A stretch of DNA of 64,000 bases from Alphaproteobacteria bacterium (GTDB taxonomy: Bacteria > Pseudomonadota > Alphaproteobacteria > Rs-D84), in the NCBI GenBank assembly GCA_009784275.1, contig WRCA01000001.1:62404-126403 (forward strand), written 5' to 3'. Shown piece by piece: positions 34,736 to 44,817 of the stretch (position 1 is the stretch's first letter; each line of letters opens with the position of its first letter). The position numbers and the translations under genes were made by a program. Below the pieces are notes generated by a model that saw nothing but the letters and a program-made list of their open reading frames with translations, did not search any database and had not been told where the DNA came from.

Positions 34736-36028
34736 TTACTCGCACACAGCCACGAACGGCGGCAACGAACGGTCCGTATCAATTCTGCCGCCCATGCCGC
34801 AATCAAGACAATTGAATTTTCTATTTTGAGAATGCGTGCTGTCCATTGGAATTTCAACTTCATCAAGGCTGGGGATATGCTCCACAACCGCGGCTATGTA
34901 TTCCATATCCATCGGAAAGCCAAAATAAAATGCGCGTCCTGTTCCTTTGCATTCGCCCGGATTAGGATAACATACATGGCTGCTCAATTTCGTTTCGTCC
35001 GGTATGCAAACTATTTCGCAAGTATCTGGATCCGTTATCATCCTTTCACAATTATTACACAGATTTCCCGGCTTCAGCAAAGTTCCGCCCATTGCGCGAG
35101 TTTTAGCAATTTGTGCATTCTTGCATTTTGTCGTGCCGGTCGTGGCAACTTCTGCAACGCATGTCCATTCCAAAGCCGTATAATCCAATTGGGGCGTTGA
35201 GCCCGGCGGACAAGTGCGTTCCATTGTTGGCTCTAAACAATACCAAGTGCCGTCTACATCAACCGCCGTTTGACCGCTGCCGCATAATGGACGACGGGCC
35301 GGGTCAATTTCACAGCTTTGGGTTTCATATCGCCATATCGTATCGCCCGTGCAAATTTCCGGAAAATTTTGCGGCATGCATTCCCATTTGTTAAAGCGAA
35401 ATATCTTTTGTTCCCAAGGAGCACAAAATACTTTTTCAGCTGTCTCTACCGGCATACCCAGATTAACTTCCGCTGATGCTGAATATTGCGTAATATATAC
35501 CAGCTGCCCTTCTTCCAATTCTGCCGCTTTTACAATACTGTCTGGAATAACGCGCCTGTGGCCGTTGCCGGAAAGTATTGAAAAAGACCCGTCCGTTTTT
35601 ACTATTAAGCCAAAATTCGGCGCGGCTTCATATTCTTGCGACAGAATTTTCAATATCAGATTAGAATGTTTTGCGCCGACCATATCACCCGTCGTAACAA
35701 TAAAGTTTCCTATGGTTTTGCCCGCTCGGTCGGGGGTGCAGGCCGAGACTTCGCGCCTTTCATCCGCGCACAATTTTCGACTTTCAACATTGTATTTTTC
35801 CATGCATGGCATGTCCGAACCCAATTCTTCCGAAGCCTCGGCGCCACCCGCAGCGTCCAAGTCTATGGCCGCCGCATGCGCGCGCGCCATGCATGCCAAG
35901 ACGGATTTTACTTCGGTTACTTCGATCGCGGAACTTATGCTATCATTCTTCAAGCGTTGGCTGGGCGAATCCATCAGATAGTACCCCGCCATCAGAACAA
36001 AAACCAAAATCATTATAAAAATGTTCAT
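34736..36028 (-). CDS. membrane-anchored Cys-rich hypothetical protein
   Basis: 430 aa with an N-terminal TM helix. The C-terminal half holds more than 20 Cys residues. The stop lies 12 nt upstream of the waaA start on the same strand. Confidence 0.75.
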   Translation of the reverse strand: MNIFIMILVFVLMAGYYLMDSPSQRLKNDSISSAIEVTEVKSVLACMARAHAAAIDLDAAGGAEASEELGSDMPCMEKYNVESRKLCADERREVSACTPDRAGKTIGNFIVTTGDMVGAKHSNLILKILSQEYEAAPNFGLIVKTDGSFSILSGNGHRRVIPDSIVKAAELEEGQLVYITQYSASAEVNLGMPVETAEKVFCAPWEQKIFRFNKWECMPQNFPEICTGDTIWRYETQSCEIDPARRPLCGSGQTAVDVDGTWYCLEPTMERTCPPGSTPQLDYTALEWTCVAEVATTGTTKCKNAQIAKTRAMGGTLLKPGNLCNNCERMITDPDTCEIVCIPDETKLSSHVCYPNPGECKGTGRAFYFGFPMDMEYIAAVVEHIPSLDEVEIPMDSTHSQNRKFNCLDCGMGGRIDTDRSLPPFVAVCE

Positions 36029-36158
36029 GTCTTGATATTAGTGCATGTATATATGCGCGTGCAAGTGGAGAATTATTCCCATTTTCTTATATGCATTTCG
36101 TCTTTTTATTTTCACCCTATTTATGATATAATCTTTGAAGAGGGAGTTTTAAAAGCCC

Positions 36159-37250
36159 ATGAAAAAAATTGCTATTTTTGCCGTTTTTGCGGGACTGGCC
36201 GCAGGGTCAAGTGCTTTTGCTGTCTATCCTGTGTATAACCAACAGCCAATGCAACCGCAATATGTACAGCCAATGCAGCCACAATATGTGCCGGTGACCG
36301 GGAATGGAACCCTGTCTACTGCTGCAAATCCGAATCGCGTTACAGGCGCAGTGCCACGCGTTGGAAGCAGCGCCGCAGCCGCAGGACGCCAGTATTATCA
36401 GCCCTCGGATTATGATCGCTTGGCAGACAGTGGGCTGTACATCGGACTTTCCGTTGGATACACCATGTCGCTGAATGGCGGAATGCGCGCCAATTATCAG
36501 AATGAAAAAGATGCGTACTTTGCACCGGGTGCCTTTGCCACAGCAAACTATAAAAAAGATACCATACTTCCATTGCAGCTGTCGGTCGGTGCCGCGATAA
36601 ACAGCGATATTCGCGTTGACTTCTCTTATTCCAGATACAGCGGTTTTTCTTATCCTGACCATGTTATGACAGGTGACGGCGTGGGCGGATATACCCCGGC
36701 AATTGCGACCGGCGGCGCGATTTCCAGTACTGCGACCATGTTGAATCTTTACTATAACCTGGATTCTTATACAGGATATATGGCGGGTGGTGCTTTGCGC
36801 CCTTATGTCGGAGTAGGTTTGGGTATTGCGACAAATACTATTTCGGACTATTTGGTTTATGACCCGGAATTTTACGGCGAATATGGGATAGAAGACGGTA
36901 TTACATACCCGGCGGGAACCTTGACCGCTATATCAGATATCTATGCATATCATGCTGGCGGAACAACTGAACAGCTGGCATATATGTTGGAAGGCGGTCT
37001 GTCTACGGAATTAGAAGGCGGAATAAAGCTGGACTTTTTTGTGCGTTGGACAGGACTCGGCAAAGTGCAGTCTTCGGGAAGCATCGTAGTTTCCCAAACT
37101 GAATGGCTGTCGACTGGGATGGCGCCAATTGGTACGCCTGGTTCGGAAGAACCCGGGGCTTACGACAGCGTGTTTCATTATACAAACTGGTATGAAAGCG
37201 GAAACCTGGGAACGCTGGACTTGGGCGTAAGAATGAGAATTCAGTTCTAG
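36159..37250 (+). CDS. outer-membrane beta-barrel protein with N-terminal QPMQPQYV repeat
   Basis: Signal peptide, alternating amphipathic strands, and a C-terminal ...GVRMRIQF ending in Phe. Confidence 0.7.
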   Translation: MKKIAIFAVFAGLAAGSSAFAVYPVYNQQPMQPQYVQPMQPQYVPVTGNGTLSTAANPNRVTGAVPRVGSSAAAAGRQYYQPSDYDRLADSGLYIGLSVGYTMSLNGGMRANYQNEKDAYFAPGAFATANYKKDTILPLQLSVGAAINSDIRVDFSYSRYSGFSYPDHVMTGDGVGGYTPAIATGGAISSTATMLNLYYNLDSYTGYMAGGALRPYVGVGLGIATNTISDYLVYDPEFYGEYGIEDGITYPAGTLTAISDIYAYHAGGTTEQLAYMLEGGLSTELEGGIKLDFFVRWTGLGKVQSSGSIVVSQTEWLSTGMAPIGTPGSEEPGAYDSVFHYTNWYESGNLGTLDLGVRMRIQF

Positions 37251-37258
37251 AGCAGAGT

Positions 37259-38884
37259 ATGAAAAAAACATCAGTATCTTTGTATGTGCTCTGTGTTGTG
37301 TTTTGCGTCGGTAACGCCGGTGCTGCATTGCGCATTGGAAATTCCGGGACCGGTCGCGGGGGTACTTATGCTGCCCCGCAAGGAAGCGAAATTGTTGTGC
37401 AACAACAAGCAGAAATGCAAGAAATGTTGGAAACAGCGCAGAACTCGACAGAGCTGGGGCTGCCTGTGCGCGTGGCGAACATGGACATGGCGCGCGCTAT
37501 TGCCAGCGGACAATTTTACAATGGCGTTTCCATGGCAAATTTGGATTCTTGCGCTAATATTTTTCCAAATGGGTCTTTTGCTTGGGATAGAGCCAATGCT
37601 GGTTTAAAAACAAGCTCTGGTTGTGTTGCAGAGGTAGAGCTGCGTAAAATTGAAGGTACAGAAGATATTATTCTGGCGCGTGCACGTGTTGCGGCGGGTG
37701 GTTCCATAGACTGTAATATTGACGCGTTTCCTGCGGATGGTCTTACCATAGAAGCCGGCAAAGTTATTTTCCCTGCGGATCGCGAGCCCACATTGGCGGA
37801 AGTAAAACAGGCAATGAACCAGGAACAAAAACAAGGCGCCGGATTAAAGATTGCGGCGGCTGCGCTTATTGGTGGAATTGGCGGTAACTTCTTGGGTCAA
37901 AATGATCCTGGAAAAGGCGGCATGATCGGGACAAGCGGCGACAAAATGAAAAAGACCGCGATCGGCGCGGTGGCTTTGGGCGGTGCGACTGCGGTCAGCA
38001 CCCAAACGGGCAAAATCGGCGGCGATGTTGTCATGGGCGCAACGGTCAATGCCATAGGTGGCGGATTAATCGGTAACATGTCCGGTATCGGGGAAGCTGT
38101 TCTGCTGATAAAAAAATGCGAAGGATATGATTGCCTTTATGGAATTGTGTCAAAGGTTGCACCGATCACGGGTCCTGCTTTCTGGGGAAATCTGGGCAGC
38201 ATGGTAAAATGCACGGAATCAACAAAAGATGGCAAAACAATTTATGAACAATGCGGTGTTTCACAGATTCCATACTGGAGAATTGGCCAATGGAACCAGG
38301 ATTCCAAGATAGAAGATATTAATCGCGAGATGATGGGTAAAGGCTCCTTTTGTCTGATAGACGGCAAAATGGAAGACGCGACTGTGGGATGTGACGGCGG
38401 CGAAGGATTTTATAAACTGGATTCTGCGGAAGAAATGACAAGTTCAGAACCCGCGGTTATCGTGGACTGGGATGCCAGAAAATACAAAACCTATGCAGAT
38501 TTCAAGACATGGCGTGCTGGTGGTCCAAAGAATGTGGATATTAGATTCCGCTATGCTGATGGAACCATAGGGAAACAGGCGGTTGGAAGGGATGGCACGA
38601 CCTTTACAGCAAGAGATTTCAACGCTTTAACCCAGGATGCAACTGACGGCGGCATCATTGATCTTAATAACAAAGCACGGACGGGCGCGACAGCAACTGG
38701 TGCCGGTATAGGTGCAGGATTGGGGGCTTTCTCTTCTTTCCAGGGCGCCAAGGATGAAGTTGAAAATCGTCATGTCGCGGAAGTAACGGCTTATAAAGAT
38801 TCCCTTACGAAATTCTATTGCGCGACGGGCAAAAGATTCCTGTCGCAATATAACGAAGTTGTAATTATCCCGAATGAGAAATAA
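37259..38884 (+). CDS. secreted hypothetical protein with glycine-zipper segments
   Basis: 541 aa, starting 8 nt after the OMP gene, with a signal peptide. It has Gly-rich hydrophobic segments. The C-terminal ARTGATATGAGIGAGLG...FYCATGKRF tail resembles the 18666-20486 protein. Confidence 0.8.
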   Translation: MKKTSVSLYVLCVVFCVGNAGAALRIGNSGTGRGGTYAAPQGSEIVVQQQAEMQEMLETAQNSTELGLPVRVANMDMARAIASGQFYNGVSMANLDSCANIFPNGSFAWDRANAGLKTSSGCVAEVELRKIEGTEDIILARARVAAGGSIDCNIDAFPADGLTIEAGKVIFPADREPTLAEVKQAMNQEQKQGAGLKIAAAALIGGIGGNFLGQNDPGKGGMIGTSGDKMKKTAIGAVALGGATAVSTQTGKIGGDVVMGATVNAIGGGLIGNMSGIGEAVLLIKKCEGYDCLYGIVSKVAPITGPAFWGNLGSMVKCTESTKDGKTIYEQCGVSQIPYWRIGQWNQDSKIEDINREMMGKGSFCLIDGKMEDATVGCDGGEGFYKLDSAEEMTSSEPAVIVDWDARKYKTYADFKTWRAGGPKNVDIRFRYADGTIGKQAVGRDGTTFTARDFNALTQDATDGGIIDLNNKARTGATATGAGIGAGLGAFSSFQGAKDEVENRHVAEVTAYKDSLTKFYCATGKRFLSQYNEVVIIPNEK

Positions 38885-38910
38885 AAGATCCCGCAAAAGC
38901 GGGATTTTTT
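38883..38910. terminator. bidirectional intrinsic terminator
   Basis: aaaagaTCCCGCaaaaGCGGGAtttttt. Confidence 0.75.
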
Positions 38911-39253
38911 ATTTAGTATCTATTTTTCTTACCGTTAAGAAGTAGAACCTGTTATCGCGTTGTTTTATTACTGCTTGCGCAGCCTGCCGTGCAGCTATTT
39001 TTTCACTGACAAACGAAATATCTCGCCTGCACAAGGGCTCTCTGGCACGGTCTTCCAAATCACTTACATCCAACCATTTGTGTTCTTGTTCAAAATCATT
39101 TTTTTCCACGGTCAGCTTATCAATTTCTTTTTGAATTTCAGCAATTTCTTGGCCATCAAATGCATCTAAAAGATTTGCCTGAAGAAACTTTAGATTTTTT
39201 TTATCTAACTCTTCGTAAAGACCTGGTTGGATAAATTGCGAATTTTTATTCAT
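38909..39253 (-). CDS. hypothetical protein (114 aa)
   Basis: ORF with a charged helical sequence. No motif recognised. Confidence 0.55.
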   Translation of the reverse strand: MNKNSQFIQPGLYEELDKKNLKFLQANLLDAFDGQEIAEIQKEIDKLTVEKNDFEQEHKWLDVSDLEDRAREPLCRRDISFVSEKIAARQAAQAVIKQRDNRFYFLTVRKIDTK

Positions 39254-39320
39254 AGGGCGTCCTCGACATGCAAAATTATTGTTCTTGCCCGCCTACGCCC
39301 GCAACATAGTAATAAAGTTC

Positions 39321-39788
39321 TTAATTGTCAACCAAAATGCTTTCTATCTTCAACAGCTTTCTTTTCATATCCAAACCCAGCGAAAATCCGCCAATTTTGT
39401 TGTTTGCGGCCAGCACCCTGTGACATGGAATTATTATTGGGATTGGATTCTTGCCCACTGCCCCGCCGACGGGGCGTGCGGCCTTATCACGTCCTGTGGC
39501 AGCCGCCACTTGCGCATAGCTTTTCGTTTCCCCAAACGGTATTTCCAACAATGCATTCCATACATCGCGCTGAAATTTTGTACCGATTGGATTCAGCGGC
39601 AGATCAAATATCTGACGCCGACCAGAAAAATATTCTGATAATTGTTTTGCAGCCATGCGCAAGAGAGGAGTTTCTTTTTGCATCCCACAACACCCATGGG
39701 CATCAAAAGACAATTCGACAATCGCACCATCTTCTTCTGATAAAACTGCTGTTCCGAACGGAGTTTGAATTAGGCTGTAGTATTTCAT
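39321..39788 (-). CDS. ogt: methylated-DNA-protein-cysteine methyltransferase
   Basis: Active-site motif IIIPCHRVL, plus the upstream YAQVAAATGRDKAARPVGGAVGKNP. The start is set at MKYYSLIQTPFG. The ORF-track start is 39914. Confidence 0.88.
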   Translation of the reverse strand: MKYYSLIQTPFGTAVLSEEDGAIVELSFDAHGCCGMQKETPLLRMAAKQLSEYFSGRRQIFDLPLNPIGTKFQRDVWNALLEIPFGETKSYAQVAAATGRDKAARPVGGAVGKNPIPIIIPCHRVLAANNKIGGFSLGLDMKRKLLKIESILVDN

Positions 39789-39801
39789 ATGCCGATTATA
39801 A

Positions 39802-40332
39802 TCAATTTCTTTGATATAATCCAGTAATCGTTGCTTGGCCGATTGAATTTGCCCTGACCACGGCTTCGATTTGATGCGGCGCCAAGCCGGGCGCCAGATC
39901 CAAACTGGCAACATTCAACGCATACAGTGTAAAATAATAATGATGCGCGCCATGCCCGACCGGCGGACAAGGCCCGTTATATCCCGGCATCCCGAAATTA
40001 GTAACCTGCTCTCTGGCCGGCGCGGGGAACCTTGCGCCTTTTGCAATTCCTGTTACAGTTGCTGCGATATTTGTAACAATCCAATGATAAAATCCATACT
40101 CATTCATCGAGTCCGGATCATGAACAATTAATGCAAAACTTTTTGTTCCCTGTGGCGCATTGGTCCATCGCAAATCCGGGGAGATATTATCGCCGCCGCA
40201 TCTGTTGTTTGCTTGTTCTGACGACATGAATGTATTGTTTTGTATTGTGTTGCTGTAAAGCTGTAATGCCTGTGCCGCATGTCCCGTCATGATAAACGCC
40301 CCCATAAATATTGCTGCGAAAATTTTTTTCAT
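39802..40332 (-). CDS. YbhB/YbcL-family (PEBP-like) periplasmic protein
   Basis: Signal peptide, then SPDLRWTNAPQGTKSFALIVHDPD...YHWIV...GYNGPCPPVGHGAHHYYFTLYAL. An alternative GTG start lies at 40347. Confidence 0.85.
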   Translation of the reverse strand: MKKIFAAIFMGAFIMTGHAAQALQLYSNTIQNNTFMSSEQANNRCGGDNISPDLRWTNAPQGTKSFALIVHDPDSMNEYGFYHWIVTNIAATVTGIAKGARFPAPAREQVTNFGMPGYNGPCPPVGHGAHHYYFTLYALNVASLDLAPGLAPHQIEAVVRANSIGQATITGLYQRN

Positions 40333-40419
40333 GAACGAATTATACACTCATTCGATAACGCACGCACTTTGAATATCTTCCTGTTTCAAAAGATAGCGCA
40401 ATAAGATAAAATCATTATT

Positions 40420-40776
40420 ATGCTGAATATAAAAAGAATTTATGATGTCCCGTCAAAAGAAGACGGGTATAGGATACTCGTCGATCGGCTTTGGCCGCGC
40501 GGGGTTTCCAAGGAACGCGCACATCTTTATCAGTGGGCAAAAGATATAACTCCATCGTCCGCCCTGCGATATTCTATACATCATGAAGGCGCTGATTTCA
40601 GCTGGTTAAAAGCGGCTTATGCTGACGAGCTGAATGAAAACCCGGAAACGAAAAATTTTATCGGCGAAATTAAAAAGCTTCTTTCCAAAGGCAATGTAAC
40701 TTTTTTAACTGCATCCAAAAACCCAGATACAAGCCATCTGGCCGTTCTTAAAAATTATTTGGAAAAGAGAATTTAA
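40420..40776 (+). CDS. DUF488 (YeaO-like) protein
   Basis: IKRIYDVPSKEDGYRILVDRLWPRGVSKERAHLYQWAKDITPS matches the DUF488 pattern. Confidence 0.8.
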   Translation: MLNIKRIYDVPSKEDGYRILVDRLWPRGVSKERAHLYQWAKDITPSSALRYSIHHEGADFSWLKAAYADELNENPETKNFIGEIKKLLSKGNVTFLTASKNPDTSHLAVLKNYLEKRI

Positions 40777-41549
40777 TTTTCTTCCCAAATTAAATGATTA
40801 ATACTCTCAAAGCCTTTTCCATGTTTGGCATTCGGGATAATTATAATTCGTTCCGGATTATTTATAAACTCTGCCGTTAATATTATCGGTATCACACTAT
40901 CTTCTGTACCGACATAATGTATTTGTGGAAATTTATTATATTCCTCTTTATATAAATTCAAATCTAATGACTGGTTTAATGGCGGAAGATTTTTCATTCT
41001 CGTCCATTCCGGATGATTTAGATTCCCAGCAATCGTTATTAATTTTTTCACATTTATTTCAAGATGCAATACTGCGACCAGTCCCGCAATTTGCGCGCCG
41101 CCCGAAAAACCGATTAAAATCATAGGACGGCGGTCAACAATTTGCTTTATAACCTCTGCCGATGCATCTACTGCTTTTTTCGAAAACCTGGCGGTTGTCC
41201 AATCGGTTTCTGTGCAGATCGGATCTTTTATATACTGACAAGGACGCGCGATATATACAACATTAGGAGAAGGATCTTCGAACGCAAGCCTTTGCATAAA
41301 ATCATCACGCGGCGTCGGGTCGGATGTTGGATGACCCCAGCCATCAAAGGCATTTCCGTCGCCTTCGATATAAATTTTTATAACAGCTGTTGAGTTTGTT
41401 AATTTCTGATAAATGCGCAAAGTAAACGTATCTGTATGTATATCGTGTTGCATAAAAGAATCCGGCGGCAAAATTTTCTGCGCGCATGCCGATACTAAAA
41501 ATAAACAAAGGAGCGCAATTTGCGCCCTTTGTTTTCCTCTCCCCAACAT
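40773..41549 (-). CDS. alpha/beta-hydrolase-fold lipoprotein
   Basis: Lipobox LVSAC and nucleophile elbow GFSGG. The start codon overlaps the stop of the upstream autotransporter by 1 nt (TGATG). Confidence 0.7.
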   Translation of the reverse strand: MLGRGKQRAQIALLCLFLVSACAQKILPPDSFMQHDIHTDTFTLRIYQKLTNSTAVIKIYIEGDGNAFDGWGHPTSDPTPRDDFMQRLAFEDPSPNVVYIARPCQYIKDPICTETDWTTARFSKKAVDASAEVIKQIVDRRPMILIGFSGGAQIAGLVAVLHLEINVKKLITIAGNLNHPEWTRMKNLPPLNQSLDLNLYKEEYNKFPQIHYVGTEDSVIPIILTAEFINNPERIIIIPNAKHGKGFESINHLIWEEN

Positions 41550-43777
41550 CAGAATCTGTACTTCAGTGTTACCAAGCCGGTGTTATCGGTATAGTTGCTG
41601 CGGAATCGGCCGATATAGCTGACCGTTAAATCAACCCTGTCTATTGCCATCGTTAAGCCAGCGCCGGCTTCCATGCCAAAGCGTTCCAACGCGCTGCCGC
41701 GCACATTAATAACAGCGCCATTCGCCATCGTCATATATGCAGATACATCGTCCGTTATAATATCATATATTGCACCAGCATAAATTTCTGGCCGCAGACT
41801 GCATTTCGATGCGCCGCCGTATTCATGCGATTGTCTTTTGTACTCGTAAGCCAGTTTTACACCCGCAATACCGGTTAAGTAATTAAAATTGCCGCTGTGG
41901 GTAGATGAACCCGTAGAATCCGTAAATGATTCTTGTGATACATTCAAATATCGCAAGCCTGCTTGGGGTGTTAACATTACATCATGATCGGAAAGCTCGT
42001 ATCCAGTAATACCTTGGGCTGCGAATGTATTGATAGTATGTTCACTGGTTACCGTCGACCCCAGGATATGTTTTTCGTCGTCATAGTTACTCCAAGTATA
42101 ACTGGCGGCACCATTCACGAACCAAGCTGTTGGTTTATATTCGCCATACAGCAAAGCAGTATGCGAATTGATTTTGCTTTCGCTTATAGTTGGGGTCACA
42201 TGCGTGTTAGTATAAGCATAACCAACACCCAGCTTTACGGATTCTGATACAAGCGCTTCCGCCCCGGCTGCTGCCCCGCGCGAGTCAGAAGAGAATCCGT
42301 TATTCCCGCGCAATCTTGAACCATTAATTAAACCTTGGACCCAGATCGCTTCTCGTCTTAATCGCAGATCACCAGAAGATTGTCCGCTGGCCGTCGGAAT
42401 ACCGCCGGAAAGTCGGGTTCCGATCGCATCCAAAACTTGCAATGAATTCTGTGTCGCGATTGCTTGCGCCGATGGCGCGGATGTCGGAGCAAACGCTTCT
42501 GCCGCCGCCAAAGCTTCCGCAACTTCTGCCGGATTTCCAGACTGCATCAAATCAGTAATATTATTCGCAATCGTATTAAACTGACTGTTGCTGGAAGGGC
42601 CACTTATAAGACCCATCAGCGCCGAGACCTGATTAGAATTTGCGCCGGTGTTTGCTGCTATTTGGTCAGCGGTTTTTTGCGACACATTAAATGTATCATC
42701 CGCGTTCTGCGTAATATTATACAATGCATTAATCCCAGTATAAGCAAACGAGCCCGTGGCATTTGCTATATCCCATAGTTCCAGATTATTGCCGCTGACG
42801 CCGGTTCCAATAACCAGATTGCTTAATGTGCTGCCGCTGCCTATTGTAATAGTATCCGCCATAATTGTCGGTGTCATCTGCAGCTTTGCAATCAATGTCG
42901 TATTCGGATCAAATGTGATAGAGCTGCCTGTGCCACCGATAACACCCCCATCCAGGGTTACTGTTCCGCTACCCGTAAAGCTTACATCCCCCAGGCTGTA
43001 GATATCATTCAAAACTCCCGCAGCTGTGTTATTTGCAAATGTAACATTACCATCAAAGGTTATCGTTCCTGTATTATAAATCGCGCCGCCTTGGCCGCCT
43101 GCGGTATTTCCAGAAAATGTCGCGCCGCTGCCAATCGTAATATCACTGACGTAATTGGCAATTGCGCCACCGTTGGTTTTAGCAGAATTATTTGTGAACG
43201 AAGCATTATTTCCAATCGTTGCTGCGCCTGTGGTAGACGCGAAATTCCAATTGAAGATCGCGCCGCCGTGTATGCCAGACATATTACTATCGAATATAGC
43301 ACCATCGCCGATATTGGTCGTTACGTCTTGCAGGTACAACGCGCCACCCCATCCCAAGGGAGCTGTATTCCCTATAAATGAAACATTATTCAAGATGGCT
43401 AATATAGATGGGGCCGCATTTCCCGAAACATAAATCGCGCCACCGGCATCGGCTACTGCGGTGTTTTGTAAAAATAGAACACCGTTTCCAACAGTCAATG
43501 TCGCCGGCGGATGGCCAACGGTACTGTCAGGAACGCTATAAATAGCGCCTCCGGCATCGGCCTGGTTTAAAGAAAACTTAAGATTGTCTTCTATAATTAC
43601 CGTTCCTGAATAATTCGCGATGACACCGCCGCCATTCGGTCCGAAATATTTCAAGCCCGTCGCGCCGCTGGTAATCGTTTGAATTTCGCCATAGTTAACC
43701 TCTATCCTATTCGCGGCAAGGGCCGGCGTGGACGCCAAGATAAATCCGATGACGGCTAAAATCTTTTGATACCTCAT
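41549..43777 (-). CDS. autotransporter with Pmp-type (GGAI / FxxN) passenger repeats
   Basis: 742 aa with a signal peptide. Six GGA(I/L) motifs are each paired with FxxN (FLQNTA, FIGNTA, FDSNMS, FTNNSA, FSGNTA, FANNTA). The C-terminal beta-barrel ends ...VTLKYRF. Confidence 0.85.
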   Translation of the reverse strand: MRYQKILAVIGFILASTPALAANRIEVNYGEIQTITSGATGLKYFGPNGGGVIANYSGTVIIEDNLKFSLNQADAGGAIYSVPDSTVGHPPATLTVGNGVLFLQNTAVADAGGAIYVSGNAAPSILAILNNVSFIGNTAPLGWGGALYLQDVTTNIGDGAIFDSNMSGIHGGAIFNWNFASTTGAATIGNNASFTNNSAKTNGGAIANYVSDITIGSGATFSGNTAGGQGGAIYNTGTITFDGNVTFANNTAAGVLNDIYSLGDVSFTGSGTVTLDGGVIGGTGSSITFDPNTTLIAKLQMTPTIMADTITIGSGSTLSNLVIGTGVSGNNLELWDIANATGSFAYTGINALYNITQNADDTFNVSQKTADQIAANTGANSNQVSALMGLISGPSSNSQFNTIANNITDLMQSGNPAEVAEALAAAEAFAPTSAPSAQAIATQNSLQVLDAIGTRLSGGIPTASGQSSGDLRLRREAIWVQGLINGSRLRGNNGFSSDSRGAAAGAEALVSESVKLGVGYAYTNTHVTPTISESKINSHTALLYGEYKPTAWFVNGAASYTWSNYDDEKHILGSTVTSEHTINTFAAQGITGYELSDHDVMLTPQAGLRYLNVSQESFTDSTGSSTHSGNFNYLTGIAGVKLAYEYKRQSHEYGGASKCSLRPEIYAGAIYDIITDDVSAYMTMANGAVINVRGSALERFGMEAGAGLTMAIDRVDLTVSYIGRFRSNYTDNTGLVTLKYRF

Positions 43778-43904
43778 TTTCTCTCTCCTTTTATTATCAA
43801 ATATAACTAACTTATAAAAATATATCCCCAGGTTTGTATTCTCATATTATTGACAAATATATTGACAAACGGTACAATAGTGATAAAATAAGAACAAAAT
43901 AACT

Positions 43905-44648
43905 ATGCCAGAACAAGGCTGGCACGCAAAAAAAGACAAAATCATGAATCAGCTATATCATAATATCGCGATGGGAGATATTTCAGGGAATGCTGGGATA
44001 AGTTATTTTCTTGAACTAAACAAGATTATTCAAAACATACTGCGTAATGGCCCTTCCCCGACAGAATATCGCATTGAAACTTCGTCGGATGCTTTTTCGG
44101 TAAATCCGAAAGTTGCTGGTTACACATGTCATGGAGGGTATTATATTGACGAAGCATTCGCGTGGGATATGAATAAAATTCTCCGCAATGAAAAGAATCA
44201 GTACAACATCTCGAAACCGAAAGAGTTTTTCGCTGAATTCATAAATAGATTAAAGAATAAAACAACAGTTCTCAATGATCCCGGGCTTTACGGATTACGT
44301 TTTAAAGTTAATGCGCCATCTTCTGACTATGTTGTCATAACAAATAGAAAGACCCTGGGGATATTCGAAGAACTTATGAAGGTGAACAAGATCAGATTAC
44401 AGGAACCACTGGAAGAATTCAGGGCCCTGGCATGTCAAAATAACCATGAAATGACCAAAGTCGATATCAATTTAATAAAGTCTCAAAAATCTGAAATGGA
44501 TGGTGACATCCTTGTGTTCGAGAAAAACGGCGAAGAATTTGAAGCCCCTGATATCTATGAGGGCAGGAAACAAATATATTATTTTGCAGATGATAATTTT
44601 ATTCCGACATATTGTATGTGTAATGGCAAAAGAAACAGAATAAAGTAA
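43905..44648 (+). CDS. hypothetical protein (247 aa)
   Basis: ORF with its own promoter (TTGACA-17-TACAAT at about 43853-43881) and terminator. No motif recognised. Confidence 0.6.
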   Translation: MPEQGWHAKKDKIMNQLYHNIAMGDISGNAGISYFLELNKIIQNILRNGPSPTEYRIETSSDAFSVNPKVAGYTCHGGYYIDEAFAWDMNKILRNEKNQYNISKPKEFFAEFINRLKNKTTVLNDPGLYGLRFKVNAPSSDYVVITNRKTLGIFEELMKVNKIRLQEPLEEFRALACQNNHEMTKVDINLIKSQKSEMDGDILVFEKNGEEFEAPDIYEGRKQIYYFADDNFIPTYCMCNGKRNRIK

Positions 44649-44660
44649 AAACTTCCTTTA

Positions 44661-44686
44661 AATCCGCATTTATGCGGATTTTTTTA
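44661..44686 (+). terminator. intrinsic terminator
   Basis: aaATCCGCAtttaTGCGGATttttttt. Confidence 0.8.
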
Positions 44687-44746
44687 ATATAAAAACATCA
44701 AAATCCTGCCCTATTCCTATATTTATAACATTTTGATAAAAACATC

Positions 44747-44776
44747 TTGACATTAATATAAATATATTGTTATAAT
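44747..44776 (+). promoter_or_regulatory. sigma70-like promoter TTGACA-18nt-TATAAT of the NAD salvage operon
   Basis: Both hexamers match consensus. Confidence 0.55.
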
Positions 44777-44817
44777 CACTCTGTAAATAACACAACCGAT
44801 TCGCAAGGGACAGAAAA

